From the NCBI GenBank assembly GCA_048128005.1, contig JBEUKZ010000131.1, forward strand, positions 310,001 through 374,000: DNA of 64,000 nt, given 5' to 3'. This DNA comes from Veleropilina oligotropha. Lineage: Eukaryota. Positions 1 through 8,698 of this stretch are shown piece by piece. Numbering within the stretch: the stretch's first letter is position 1; each line of letters opens with the position of its first letter. A program made the translations under genes and the position numbers. The notes under the pieces are model-generated. The model saw only the letters and a program-made list of their open reading frames with translations. It made no database searches and was not told the origin of the DNA.

Positions 1-156
1 CCTTTTTATAATATTAAAATACTTCCGACATCTGTTTTTTCATAGACTTGTATGAAAACAGGAGAGATAACTCAAACTTACAAGTATCGTGATACAGCCC
101 CGCGATACGATACGCATATCATTGGCATGCCGTATCGATATATCGTTACACCTCTA
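1..156. mobile_element. Right end of a probable hAT-like non-autonomous DNA transposon
   Basis: Ends in ...CGATATATCGTTACACCTCTA (reverse complement TAGAGGTGTAACGATA) with clustered CGATAC/GTATCG subterminal motifs; the other end is outside the window. Confidence 0.45.
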
Positions 157-182
157 ATCAGGACATTAGTAGCAATATACTC

Positions 183-369
183 TACGTCATTACCTATGCC
201 ATAATAGCCCTATTATCGCTAAACCGGAAACTGTGAAAAAGCGTTTCACTTTCATTTAAACTTACACGCTTACCCCCCCTGCTCACCTCTCTCGCGTTCC
301 TCCCACGAGATCTGCCCAAGTCTCGCGAGACCTCAGAGACCAAGACAGATCTGGTATCCTTTTTAAGTC
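183..369 (+). repeat. DIRS element 1 left inverted terminal repeat
   Basis: Reverse complement of 7385-7571; no mismatch seen by eye. Confidence 0.95.
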
Positions 370-1236
370 TTCCGTCAGTCTGTCCGGACGTGCTTCAGTC
401 TTGTCAAAACATAGACTATAAGAAGTTACTTTTAAACAAGTTTCTTTCGCACAATATTGTGCCGTTCATATTCATATATGAGCTGAAGAAGTATTTTAAC
501 TGTGTTCGGAGTATTAGGCCGAGTTAGCAAATTTTAAAAGTTGTGAGATTCTGGCCACGAGGTTTTCGGCCCGCCATCTTGGATTTACTGAAGTAAAGAT
601 CTAAAGAGGGCCGCTCAGGAGGGAACGTTCTTCAAGCAGGGAAGCATTCGCATAGGCGAATCCTTTCAAAGGAAGAAGGGTTTATTTTCTAATATTGCTT
701 GAAATTACTTGTATTTCATATATATATTAGATAATTCCTTAGCGGCGTATCTTGCTTAAATTCTTAGTAACTTTGTTCAATCGAGTTTAGCATCGCTAAC
801 AAGGCAGATATTTAGGTATTAACGTGCGTTCTTTAGCCTATCTGCCGAATCTGGGATATTTCGCCAACGCTCTAACCTATTGAAATCAACATCCACGAGG
901 TTTTCAGGTGTTTAAAGGCGGCTGTTTCTATATATAGCCTCCTACTATCTATATATATCCGCCTGAATTCAATTTGTTAGTGTCCGACAAGCCGTTTAAT
1001 AAAGCTTGTACGTCGGGCTTGGTTTATATTCTAGTCGGGTTACTTGTCTGTTCTTCGGTTGTGTAAAAACAATCCGAAGTGTGATTCATAACAATTTAGG
1101 GTCAATATCCGGTCTTTTCCTATATACTCGGATTAGAGACCCCTATATAAGGCGTAGTAGTTTAACACGTAGCGTACTACCCGGATATCCCTAAATTTCC
1201 CGGTTTCCCACTACCTTTCCTACCCGTGTAACAGCT

Positions 1237-3423
1237 ATGGTCCGTTGCAGTGAGCCTGAGTGTAACCAAAAGATACACAGCTTCGACAAGCATTCGGTAT
1301 GTCGCATTCACCGTAGTTGTGCTAAGAGATACCCCTGTGCTAAATGTCTACTTTTAACGGATCGGCAGTGGGCACTTATCTACCCACCAGCGACGATGGC
1401 TACCAGGGAGTCCGTCTCTGTTGGGCTTCCCCCGGAGAAACAGACGACGGGTAAGTCAGGGCGAAGTCAGGACGAAACCGCTACGGTTTTGGGGAAAACC
1501 GTGGAAACCTCGCCGGCGTCCCAGGTTCAAGACCAGGTAAGAGGAGCCCGAGTGCAGTCCGTTTCTCCTCGTACCACGGGCCTAGTAGCTGCGTCCAATA
1601 GTGCCATGCCGGCTAGCATGGTACACCGGACCTTACAGCGAACAGCTGAGCAGGGCAGGCGGTCCCCTTCCTCTCTTCCGGCCTCGGAAGAGCAGGGGAC
1701 GGCTAGTCCTTCTGTCACAAGCGGTATGCCGAGCGGCATACTGCTGACGGCAGAGCAAGTTGGAATAGTTGCCGGACACCACCAAGGTGGTTTAAGATCC
1801 GGACCACCAACGACACCCGACTCACTGGCCGATGGTGCGACCGACCCTCCCCAGGGTTCGTCCTTACACCTCGGAGCTCCCAGTCTTGTCGGAGGGCCCG
1901 CCGACTCCCCTGACCCCTTTGGGCTCAGACTAGTTGGCGCGGACGGACCGGCTGCGTTCGGGATGGGTATGTACGCGGGAGCTTCCCCCGTCTACCCCCT
2001 GAACAGAGCGGCGACCCCCACGGGACTGTGGCCGCAGTCTTTCGGGAGTCGAGCTCCGGTTAACACGCCTTTTGGCCCGTTCTCCGCGAGTAACCGCTCG
2101 TCAGGTGATGTGAGACCCTGGTTCTCATATCAATCTGGCCCAGCAGCCCGTCTACCATGCGCCACGATGTCCTCGAGCGATCCACTGGCTGTTGGATCGA
2201 CGCCCGTCTTGCCTGTTGGTCTCTCTATGGAGAGCGTCCATGCAATGATTGCGGCGGAATTCGAGGCCCGCAGTAGGGCCTGGCTACCGGCTGTTCAGCC
2301 GCCCCAGGTCTCTGCTCCTCTGCTCGTGGCCCAGAGCACGGCTCCTGCCTCGGTGATGGAGGTCGACCCTCGTTCAGACGAGGACGTCCCCTCCGATCGC
2401 TCCGATCGTCTTGAATCGGTCGGTCCCGATGACTCTCGTAGTCAATCAGGCTTGCAGGAGCCGATCTCCGCCACCCGCCGAAGACACGACGCCGTCGCGT
2501 CGCTTCGCGGGGTGCTAGATCTACCCGACCCGGCCCGGCCGGTAGGTACGATCAAGCACAGGACGGCAGCACACCGTTTTGCTGAGTCGGAGGCTCCCCA
2601 GCTTCCCGTACTCCCCCAGTCTGGCTTGGTGGATCTGGTTCTGGATCAGACCACCCGGGCCATTCAGGGAGGCAAGACAGTGGAGACGTCTTCTCTCACG
2701 GAGTTCCCTCGGGGCCTCCGTAGAGGAAGATACCTCCGGCCCAGTTCGCGACCGTTGCCGATCGCGCTTTCTGAGCCGTGCCTGGTGGCTGAGCCAGCAC
2801 AGATTGACGTAGCGATGCGTCGTCTGTCTGCCAGTCAAGCTCCCTCGGTAGCGAAGGTACCATGGGCCGCCATGGATGCCTTCGAGAGCTGTGCCCGACG
2901 AGCTCTGCGGCTGTCGTCTGTTCAGGACTCGTTCCTGGACGGTGCGATAGCCGTTCTACAGGAGGACCGACCCGGCGCTCGCGAGACCGCCCTGTCCTTC
3001 CTCCACGAGGTTGCTGCCGCAACGGAGAACAACGCGTTGGAGTCCGCGCGTGTCTTGGGCAATGCGCTCCTACTTCGTAGGGACGCCTGCCTCGAGGGCA
3101 CATCGTTAGACGACGCCACCCGGCGTTCTCTGCGATGTGTGCCCTTGTCGGCCCCGACTCTCTTCGGAGGCGAGTTCACCGAATTCGTCGACAAGAGAGC
3201 CGTCGAGCTGAAAGATCGTGCGATTGAGCGCGCAGTATTGACTACCCCTCGGGGTACTCAACCTGCCCCCTCAAGGAAGCGTTCGGCCCCGACTCGGGGC
3301 GCGAAAGCTTCCAAGCGTGCCAGACCTTCTCGGGGTGGGCCTCCGGCCCGGAAATCCAGCGAGAAAAAAGGCCCTCCAACTAAATCCCGTCAGAGCGGTA
3401 AAGGGAAGCCGTCACGGCCCTAG
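1237..3423 (+). CDS. gag: DIRS Gag-like protein (ORF1), 728 aa
   Basis: ATG start; N-terminal Cys/His cluster (CSEPEC..H..C..H..C..CAKC); basic C-terminus; homologous to 30811-33054. Confidence 0.9.
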   Translation: MVRCSEPECNQKIHSFDKHSVCRIHRSCAKRYPCAKCLLLTDRQWALIYPPATMATRESVSVGLPPEKQTTGKSGRSQDETATVLGKTVETSPASQVQDQVRGARVQSVSPRTTGLVAASNSAMPASMVHRTLQRTAEQGRRSPSSLPASEEQGTASPSVTSGMPSGILLTAEQVGIVAGHHQGGLRSGPPTTPDSLADGATDPPQGSSLHLGAPSLVGGPADSPDPFGLRLVGADGPAAFGMGMYAGASPVYPLNRAATPTGLWPQSFGSRAPVNTPFGPFSASNRSSGDVRPWFSYQSGPAARLPCATMSSSDPLAVGSTPVLPVGLSMESVHAMIAAEFEARSRAWLPAVQPPQVSAPLLVAQSTAPASVMEVDPRSDEDVPSDRSDRLESVGPDDSRSQSGLQEPISATRRRHDAVASLRGVLDLPDPARPVGTIKHRTAAHRFAESEAPQLPVLPQSGLVDLVLDQTTRAIQGGKTVETSSLTEFPRGLRRGRYLRPSSRPLPIALSEPCLVAEPAQIDVAMRRLSASQAPSVAKVPWAAMDAFESCARRALRLSSVQDSFLDGAIAVLQEDRPGARETALSFLHEVAAATENNALESARVLGNALLLRRDACLEGTSLDDATRRSLRCVPLSAPTLFGGEFTEFVDKRAVELKDRAIERAVLTTPRGTQPAPSRKRSAPTRGAKASKRARPSRGGPPARKSSEKKGPPTKSRQSGKGKPSRP

Positions 3424-5497
3424 GGTTGCCGGCACTCGCGACGTGCTCAGCTGCGCGCTCCCGCCGGTGGGAGCGTGCCTGTTAGGCTACAGCCAGACGT
3501 GGCTAGAGTTAACAGACAGCAGCTGGGTCCACTCAGTCGTGAGTGCTGGATACAAGTTGAGTTTCAACCGGCATCCAACCCTATCCGTGACACCACCACC
3601 AAGACACGCTCGCCTCCTTCAAGGAGAGAAGCAAGCGGTCTTAGACCAGGCAGTGCGGGACTTACTCCTAAAAGGAGCCATCTATCCCGCGCCGCCCAGC
3701 ACACCAGGATTTTACAGCCATTTCTTCCTGGTCCCGAAACCCGATGGCCGCTGGAGACCGATCCTCGATCTCTCGCACCTCAACCGCTATTTGCGTACCG
3801 AGAAGTTCCAGCAAGAAACACTCTCGAAGATACGAGCGGCCATCCGTCCAGGCGACTGGGCAGCGTCTATCGACCTGACAGATGCGTACTTACACGTTCC
3901 GATGCATGCCTCGGCTCATCAGTACCTCAGGTTTATACACGGGGAGACGATCTACCAATTCAGGTGCCTACCGTTCGGTCTATCGTCAGCCCCCTACGTC
4001 TTCACGCGGGTAGTACAGGCCCTCGGGGCCTTCCTACACTCGCTAGGGCACAGAGTACACATGTACCTCGACGACTGGTTGATTCTCGGGGCGTCCCGGG
4101 ATCAGTGCCTCCAGTCTATGAGCGTTACCCTGTCATCGGCGAAGCGCCTAGGATTACAGATCAACAACGAGAAATCCTGCTTCGTGCCCTCGACGACGTT
4201 TACGTTCCTCGGGGTCGTCTTCGACACGGTCCGGTACACCGCGAAGCCGACCGAGAAACGTATCGTGAACCTACGCGCAGTTATCCAGGACACAAGGTCA
4301 TCGGGGATAGCCACGGCGCGACAACTGGCCACTGTCCTGGGGCACATCGAGTCGGTAGCGCCCCTGCTACCGACAGGACGAATGGACAAACGACCGTTAC
4401 AGCAGGCCTTCAGGGACCGCTGGGTGCAACGGACGGGACAGTGGACGGATCGTATAGATCTTCGGCATTGGTTCAATTACTCGTCAGCAGTGTGGCTGAA
4501 CCCTGCATTGCCGAGCCAGTCGGTTCCCATTTCCCCGCCAGAACCGAATGCCTTCCTATACACGGACGCTTCGAACGTGGGCTGGGGAGGTCACCTCGAC
4601 AGTTACGAGACATCGGGCCTTTGGCCGACGGACCTGCAGGGACGACACATAAACTATCTAGAACTAGAAGCGGTCTACCTGACAGTACGGTCCTTCTCGT
4701 CACATCTCCGCAACAAGCACATACTGCTCGCCACGGACAACACGACTGTCGTCGCATACGTTCAACACCAGGGCGGCACTCGCTCGCGTCCCCTATGCGA
4801 CCGAGCAATCGACCTACACCGCTTAGTGATGTCCCTCAACTCGACGATACGAGCACGACACATCCCGGGAATATTGAACGTCCGAGCGGACTCGCTCTCT
4901 CGGAAATCGCAGATTATACACACAGAGTGGACGCTACACAGCCGTGTAGCTCGGGAGGTTTGTCGCCGGTGGTCTCAACCCCAAGTCGATCTGTTTGCAA
5001 CAGAGTTCAATCACCGACTCCCTCTGTATGTCTCCCCGTACCCGGACCCGGCCGCCCTTGCGGTCGACGCGCTGTCAATGACATGGGAGAATCTGATCGC
5101 GTACGCCTTCCCCCCGTCGTCCATATTACGACTTGTACTACAGAAGGCAGCGCGAGACCGCTGCGAGATAACGCTAATAGCGCCTCTAAATCGCACGCAG
5201 TCTTGGTTTCCGACTCTTCTCGATCTAATCGTCGATCGACCGCTTGCGCTACCGCAAAGGCCGGACCTGCTAATGCAACCGCGCTCACGGGTGTTACACC
5301 CGTCGTCGAACGAACTTCGTTTACATGCATGGCGGTTATCGAACGATCGCTTGTTGAGAAAGGTTTTTCTCGTGCTACAGCCCTCCGCATTTACCGATCG
5401 CGAAGACAATCTACATCTAAAGTCTATGACTACCGATGGGTCAAATATGTGGATTGGTGTCACAGGCGGGAAGTTAATATACTCCGTCCCCCTGTGA
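3422..5497 (+). CDS. pol: DIRS Pol: reverse transcriptase, RNase H and adenine methyltransferase-like domain (no AUG; start placed at the inferred +1 shift)
   Basis: RT motifs SIDLTDAY, LPFGLSSAP, YLDD; RNase H motifs YTDAS, LELEAV, TDNTT, ADSLSR; MT-like VDLFAT...YAFPP. Confidence 0.93.
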   Translation, partial: RVAGTRDVLSCALPPVGACLLGYSQTWLELTDSSWVHSVVSAGYKLSFNRHPTLSVTPPPRHARLLQGEKQAVLDQAVRDLLLKGAIYPAPPSTPGFYSHFFLVPKPDGRWRPILDLSHLNRYLRTEKFQQETLSKIRAAIRPGDWAASIDLTDAYLHVPMHASAHQYLRFIHGETIYQFRCLPFGLSSAPYVFTRVVQALGAFLHSLGHRVHMYLDDWLILGASRDQCLQSMSVTLSSAKRLGLQINNEKSCFVPSTTFTFLGVVFDTVRYTAKPTEKRIVNLRAVIQDTRSSGIATARQLATVLGHIESVAPLLPTGRMDKRPLQQAFRDRWVQRTGQWTDRIDLRHWFNYSSAVWLNPALPSQSVPISPPEPNAFLYTDASNVGWGGHLDSYETSGLWPTDLQGRHINYLELEAVYLTVRSFSSHLRNKHILLATDNTTVVAYVQHQGGTRSRPLCDRAIDLHRLVMSLNSTIRARHIPGILNVRADSLSRKSQIIHTEWTLHSRVAREVCRRWSQPQVDLFATEFNHRLPLYVSPYPDPAALAVDALSMTWENLIAYAFPPSSILRLVLQKAARDRCEITLIAPLNRTQSWFPTLLDLIVDRPLALPQRPDLLMQPRSRVLHPSSNELRLHAWRLSNDRLLRKVFLVLQPSAFTDREDNLHLKSMTTDGSNMWIGVTGGKLIYSVPL

Positions 5498-6411
5498 ACA
5501 AATTTATCGAGTTCATTACGTCGTTATTCGAACGAGGACTTTCTGTCTCGGCCGTCAAAGGTTATCGGGCCTCTATCTCGACTACACTCAAGCAATGTCG
5601 TTCCCGAATTGACTTATCGTCAGACCGTACTATTTCTGATTTAATCAGGTCCTACGAATTCGAAAGACCGATTTCTCTGGCGCGGCCGCCAGCATGGAAT
5701 ATTATCCTTATACTTAATGCTCTGCTAGAAAGCCCGTTTGAGCCGTTACGTAATGCTTCCATACGTAACCTTACTTACAAAACCGTATTTCTAATTGCGT
5801 TTGCGTCGGGCAAAAGGGTTTCTGAGATACACAGCTTCTCAGCAGAGCTCCGTGATATTAGATTCCAGTCTGACGGATCGGTCATTTTACGTCCTATATT
5901 AGGATTTATTGCTAAAAACCAGCGGCCAGGCGATATTGCTCCGGAGGTCGTTATTCCTACGCTTTCTATTGTCGGTAGAAACGATATCGATCGACTCAAC
6001 TGCCCGGTGCGCGCGCTTCGCTATTATCTGGACCGAACACGTGACTTCCGTCGTGGCAAAAAACGCTTGTTTATTTCGTATTTGCCCAATTTCACCCGCG
6101 ATGTATCGAAGAATACTATCTCGAGATGGATTTGTCGGACGGTTCAGCAGATATACTCTAATTCCAACGAAGCTGACCGCAACCTTATTGCGGTCCGTGC
6201 CCATGAAACAAGAGCGATATCGACGAGTCTGGCATTTAGACATTGTCTAAATATTACCTCCCTGCTACAAGCAGGGTATTGGAGAAATCCGAACGTGTTT
6301 GTCAAACATTATTTACGCGATTTCTCGACTGGTGCGGATGGTTTGTCCAGTGTTCAATGTGTTGCGGCGCAACACTGCATTACCAGGACATCTAGGTTAA
6401 ATACACGGTGA
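3424..6411 (+). CDS. DIRS tyrosine recombinase ORF; long N-terminal part overlaps pol, YR domain from about 5330
   Basis: Catalytic set SGKRVSEI (R), AKNQ (K), HETR (HxxR), AGYW (W), FVKHY (Y); in frame with gag behind a single TAG; true start unknown. Confidence 0.9.
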   Translation, partial: GCRHSRRAQLRAPAGGSVPVRLQPDVARVNRQQLGPLSRECWIQVEFQPASNPIRDTTTKTRSPPSRREASGLRPGSAGLTPKRSHLSRAAQHTRILQPFLPGPETRWPLETDPRSLAPQPLFAYREVPARNTLEDTSGHPSRRLGSVYRPDRCVLTRSDACLGSSVPQVYTRGDDLPIQVPTVRSIVSPLRLHAGSTGPRGLPTLARAQSTHVPRRLVDSRGVPGSVPPVYERYPVIGEAPRITDQQREILLRALDDVYVPRGRLRHGPVHREADRETYREPTRSYPGHKVIGDSHGATTGHCPGAHRVGSAPATDRTNGQTTVTAGLQGPLGATDGTVDGSYRSSALVQLLVSSVAEPCIAEPVGSHFPARTECLPIHGRFERGLGRSPRQLRDIGPLADGPAGTTHKLSRTRSGLPDSTVLLVTSPQQAHTARHGQHDCRRIRSTPGRHSLASPMRPSNRPTPLSDVPQLDDTSTTHPGNIERPSGLALSEIADYTHRVDATQPCSSGGLSPVVSTPSRSVCNRVQSPTPSVCLPVPGPGRPCGRRAVNDMGESDRVRLPPVVHITTCTTEGSARPLRDNANSASKSHAVLVSDSSRSNRRSTACATAKAGPANATALTGVTPVVERTSFTCMAVIERSLVEKGFSRATALRIYRSRRQSTSKVYDYRWVKYVDWCHRREVNILRPPVNKFIEFITSLFERGLSVSAVKGYRASISTTLKQCRSRIDLSSDRTISDLIRSYEFERPISLARPPAWNIILILNALLESPFEPLRNASIRNLTYKTVFLIAFASGKRVSEIHSFSAELRDIRFQSDGSVILRPILGFIAKNQRPGDIAPEVVIPTLSIVGRNDIDRLNCPVRALRYYLDRTRDFRRGKKRLFISYLPNFTRDVSKNTISRWICRTVQQIYSNSNEADRNLIAVRAHETRAISTSLAFRHCLNITSLLQAGYWRNPNVFVKHYLRDFSTGADGLSSVQCVAAQHCITRTSRLNTR

Positions 6412-6868
6412 CAGGTATTGTAAACAATTAATTGTAATTATACAGTCACTCCGCATTTATGTGCAACTCTATTGTGTAGCTTGCTAACAATTAGTGTTGT
6501 TTTCATTGTGTTGTCTGCAGTCCAATATTGCTATTTATGGACTGAGACTAAATTGTCAGATCTGAGTTCACATGACACATGCCACTCACATTGAAAGTAG
6601 ACATTTATAATGCTAAATCTTAAAAGGTTTTTTTTAGATTTTGATATTATTGAAGTTCATTTGCTGTTATGAGCTTACGGTGTTGCGACATTGACAAAAT
6701 TTAATATCATTCAATCTTTAAATATTCTTTAAGTAACATGGGGACATGTTTGCATTTCGCTATTTGGTCAAGCGAATTTATGATTAATATGGAATATAAT
6801 ATGTACGTGTATATATTACTTATATCTATTAATTATTGCATAACTGGTTACATTCACAACCTTTTCAG

Positions 6869-7165
6869 GTACTGTATGTTTGTCGCAAGTTGACTGCATC
6901 TTTTGGTTACCGGCCTCGACGCCCAGGGTTTACTAAAAGCTGCTTCGGTCCATGACATCTAAGTCCTACAGGATTTATCCTCCGGCCTTGCCTGGGGCTG
7001 ATTGCACTTTCGCGTCACCTTGTCCGACTAACACCTCTGGCGTTTTTTCCCAGGTTCATTGGTCAAAATTCTGTCGGGGTAAGGGTAGAATTGTTATACT
7101 CAGTAATTCCATCCTGAGCGGACGCGAGTCGGCGATACTAGCTGTCTCCATGGTGACAAGTAAGT
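6869..7165 (+). ncRNA. Candidate conserved structured cis-RNA element of DIRS element 1
   Basis: Non-coding block alignable to 36523-36819, with compensatory stem changes. Confidence 0.55.
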
Positions 7166-7219
7166 AACTTGTTTGGGTATTAATTTCGTTAGAACTTAGC
7201 CCACCGTCCAAAGTTATTC

Positions 7220-7308
7220 TGGCATAGGTAATGACGTAGAGTATATTGCTACTAATAAGAGGTTTTTAGGTAAACCTAGTATTAGTTAGAATATACTTAC
7301 GTCATTAC
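7220..7308 (+). repeat. DIRS element 1 internal complementary region (ICR)
   Basis: First half is the reverse complement of the left terminus (166-201), second half of the right terminus (7561-7613). Confidence 0.95.
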
Positions 7309-7384
7309 ACGTCTACCCACCCTGCTCATGGCATTCGCATCCAACCCCTCTTGCTAAGTTCCTCTACGCACTGCAGATTCCTCT

Positions 7385-7613
7385 GACTTAAAAAGGATAC
7401 CAGATCTGTCTTGGTCTCTGAGGTCTCGCGAGACTTGGGCAGATCTCGTGGGAGGAACGCGAGAGAGGTGAGCAGGGGGGGTAAGCGTGTAAGTTTAAAT
7501 GAAAGTGAAACGCTTTTTCACAGTTTCCGGTTTAGCGATAATAGGGCTATTATGGCATAGGTAATGACGTAAGTATATTCTAACTAATACTAGGTTTACC
7601 TAAAAACCTCTTA
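7385..7613 (+). repeat. DIRS element 1 right ITR plus right extension
   Basis: 7385-7571 mirrors the left ITR; 7572-7613 is matched only by the ICR. Confidence 0.95.
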
Positions 7614-8191
7614 CTGTTCTGCTATTCTGATAGAGAACGTTTAGAATTTTTATTCAAATGTCGATCATATGCATCATTATTCAAATAATATGATTATTGA
7701 TTTATTTTTTGGTCTTGCATTTTGTGTATTGTAGCCTGACGATAAATATAATCATTAATTCTTAGAAGATTAATTAAGGGTAAAATGTAGTTTGTTTAAA
7801 AACAATTTATATGTTAATTTTTTTAAGTTGAGAATGTCATTATTTGTAGAATGATGTTTATAAGATTTAATATCTCCTAGATAAAATGTTGTTGATTTTT
7901 ACTATGTGTAGCAATATATTTAGACATTATCGTGCATGCTTTGCCAACTGCAAATTGTCAGCGCTTCTAGATATTAAGTGTTGCATGGGTGTGCTGTAGT
8001 GGGTCACTAACTGTAGTTGGTTACGGAATTACGTAGTGTACTTACATAAATAAGTTTTGGCTTCGGAATCGCTGATTACATATAATTAGTCTGAGAATTA
8101 TGTCTAAAGAAGTACAGTAAAACAAAAAATTTATTTGACCAGAAAATATATCCATGGTAACAAATATTGTACTTGTTACTTTTGACAACGG

Positions 8192-8416
8192 TCTACGCCG
8201 CTTGATGAGATCAGAGTTTAGTGGGCCACATCGGTGATCAAGAGTGGAATCTCAATTCCCTCACTTGACTGCGCTCTCTAACAGGGGTGGGTTTTAATCC
8301 TTGACTTGAGCAATCTTTGTACAGTTAACAGTCCTAGTTGCCCAACCAGGCTCTCCTGCGATTATATGGATATGAACCTGAAGGTCGTTAAAAACGGGAC
8401 ATTAAGCATCAATCCT
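8192..8416 (+). mobile_element. Degenerate SINE related to the 19886 family
   Basis: Shares the 3' end GGACATTAAGCATC and a B-box-like GGGTTTTAATCC. Confidence 0.45.
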
Positions 8417-8698
8417 AACAATTATAGTGACATTTTACGTACAACAACACTTACTTTATAATCATTTCTTTATTTTTGCAAGGATTTGACATAATAATAA
8501 TGTTAAGGCTCCATATAAATTAATATTAAAACAAAACTCATATATCTATCTTGATTAATTCATAAACAAAAAAGTGACGTCAAAATGTTTAAATGTTGTA
8601 AGTAAATTACCAAATTTGCTAAATAAATTGCTGTCCATTAACTGTGATGCCTTTCCTTAACCTAGACTGTGACTCGTGTTTGCTTTTGCCTCTTGCAG

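Larger units (their letters stand above)
166..7613 (+). mobile_element. Full-length DIRS1-like tyrosine recombinase retrotransposon (element 1)
   Basis: 187-bp ITRs (183-369, 7385-7571), short unique left and right extensions, ICR complementary to both termini, intact gag, RT-RH-MT and YR frames, no TSD. Confidence 0.97.

Noticed and set aside
6952..7167. 71-aa ORF in the DIRS 3' region
   Set aside because: Indels relative to element 2 do not preserve the frame; conservation fits RNA pairing better.
6412..7220. Known small ribozyme (hammerhead, HDV-like, twister) in the DIRS 3' region
   Set aside because: No CUGANGA/GAAA core and no complete HDV or twister topology found by eye; the CTAACAC resemblance to twister is only partial. 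An Rfam search is needed.
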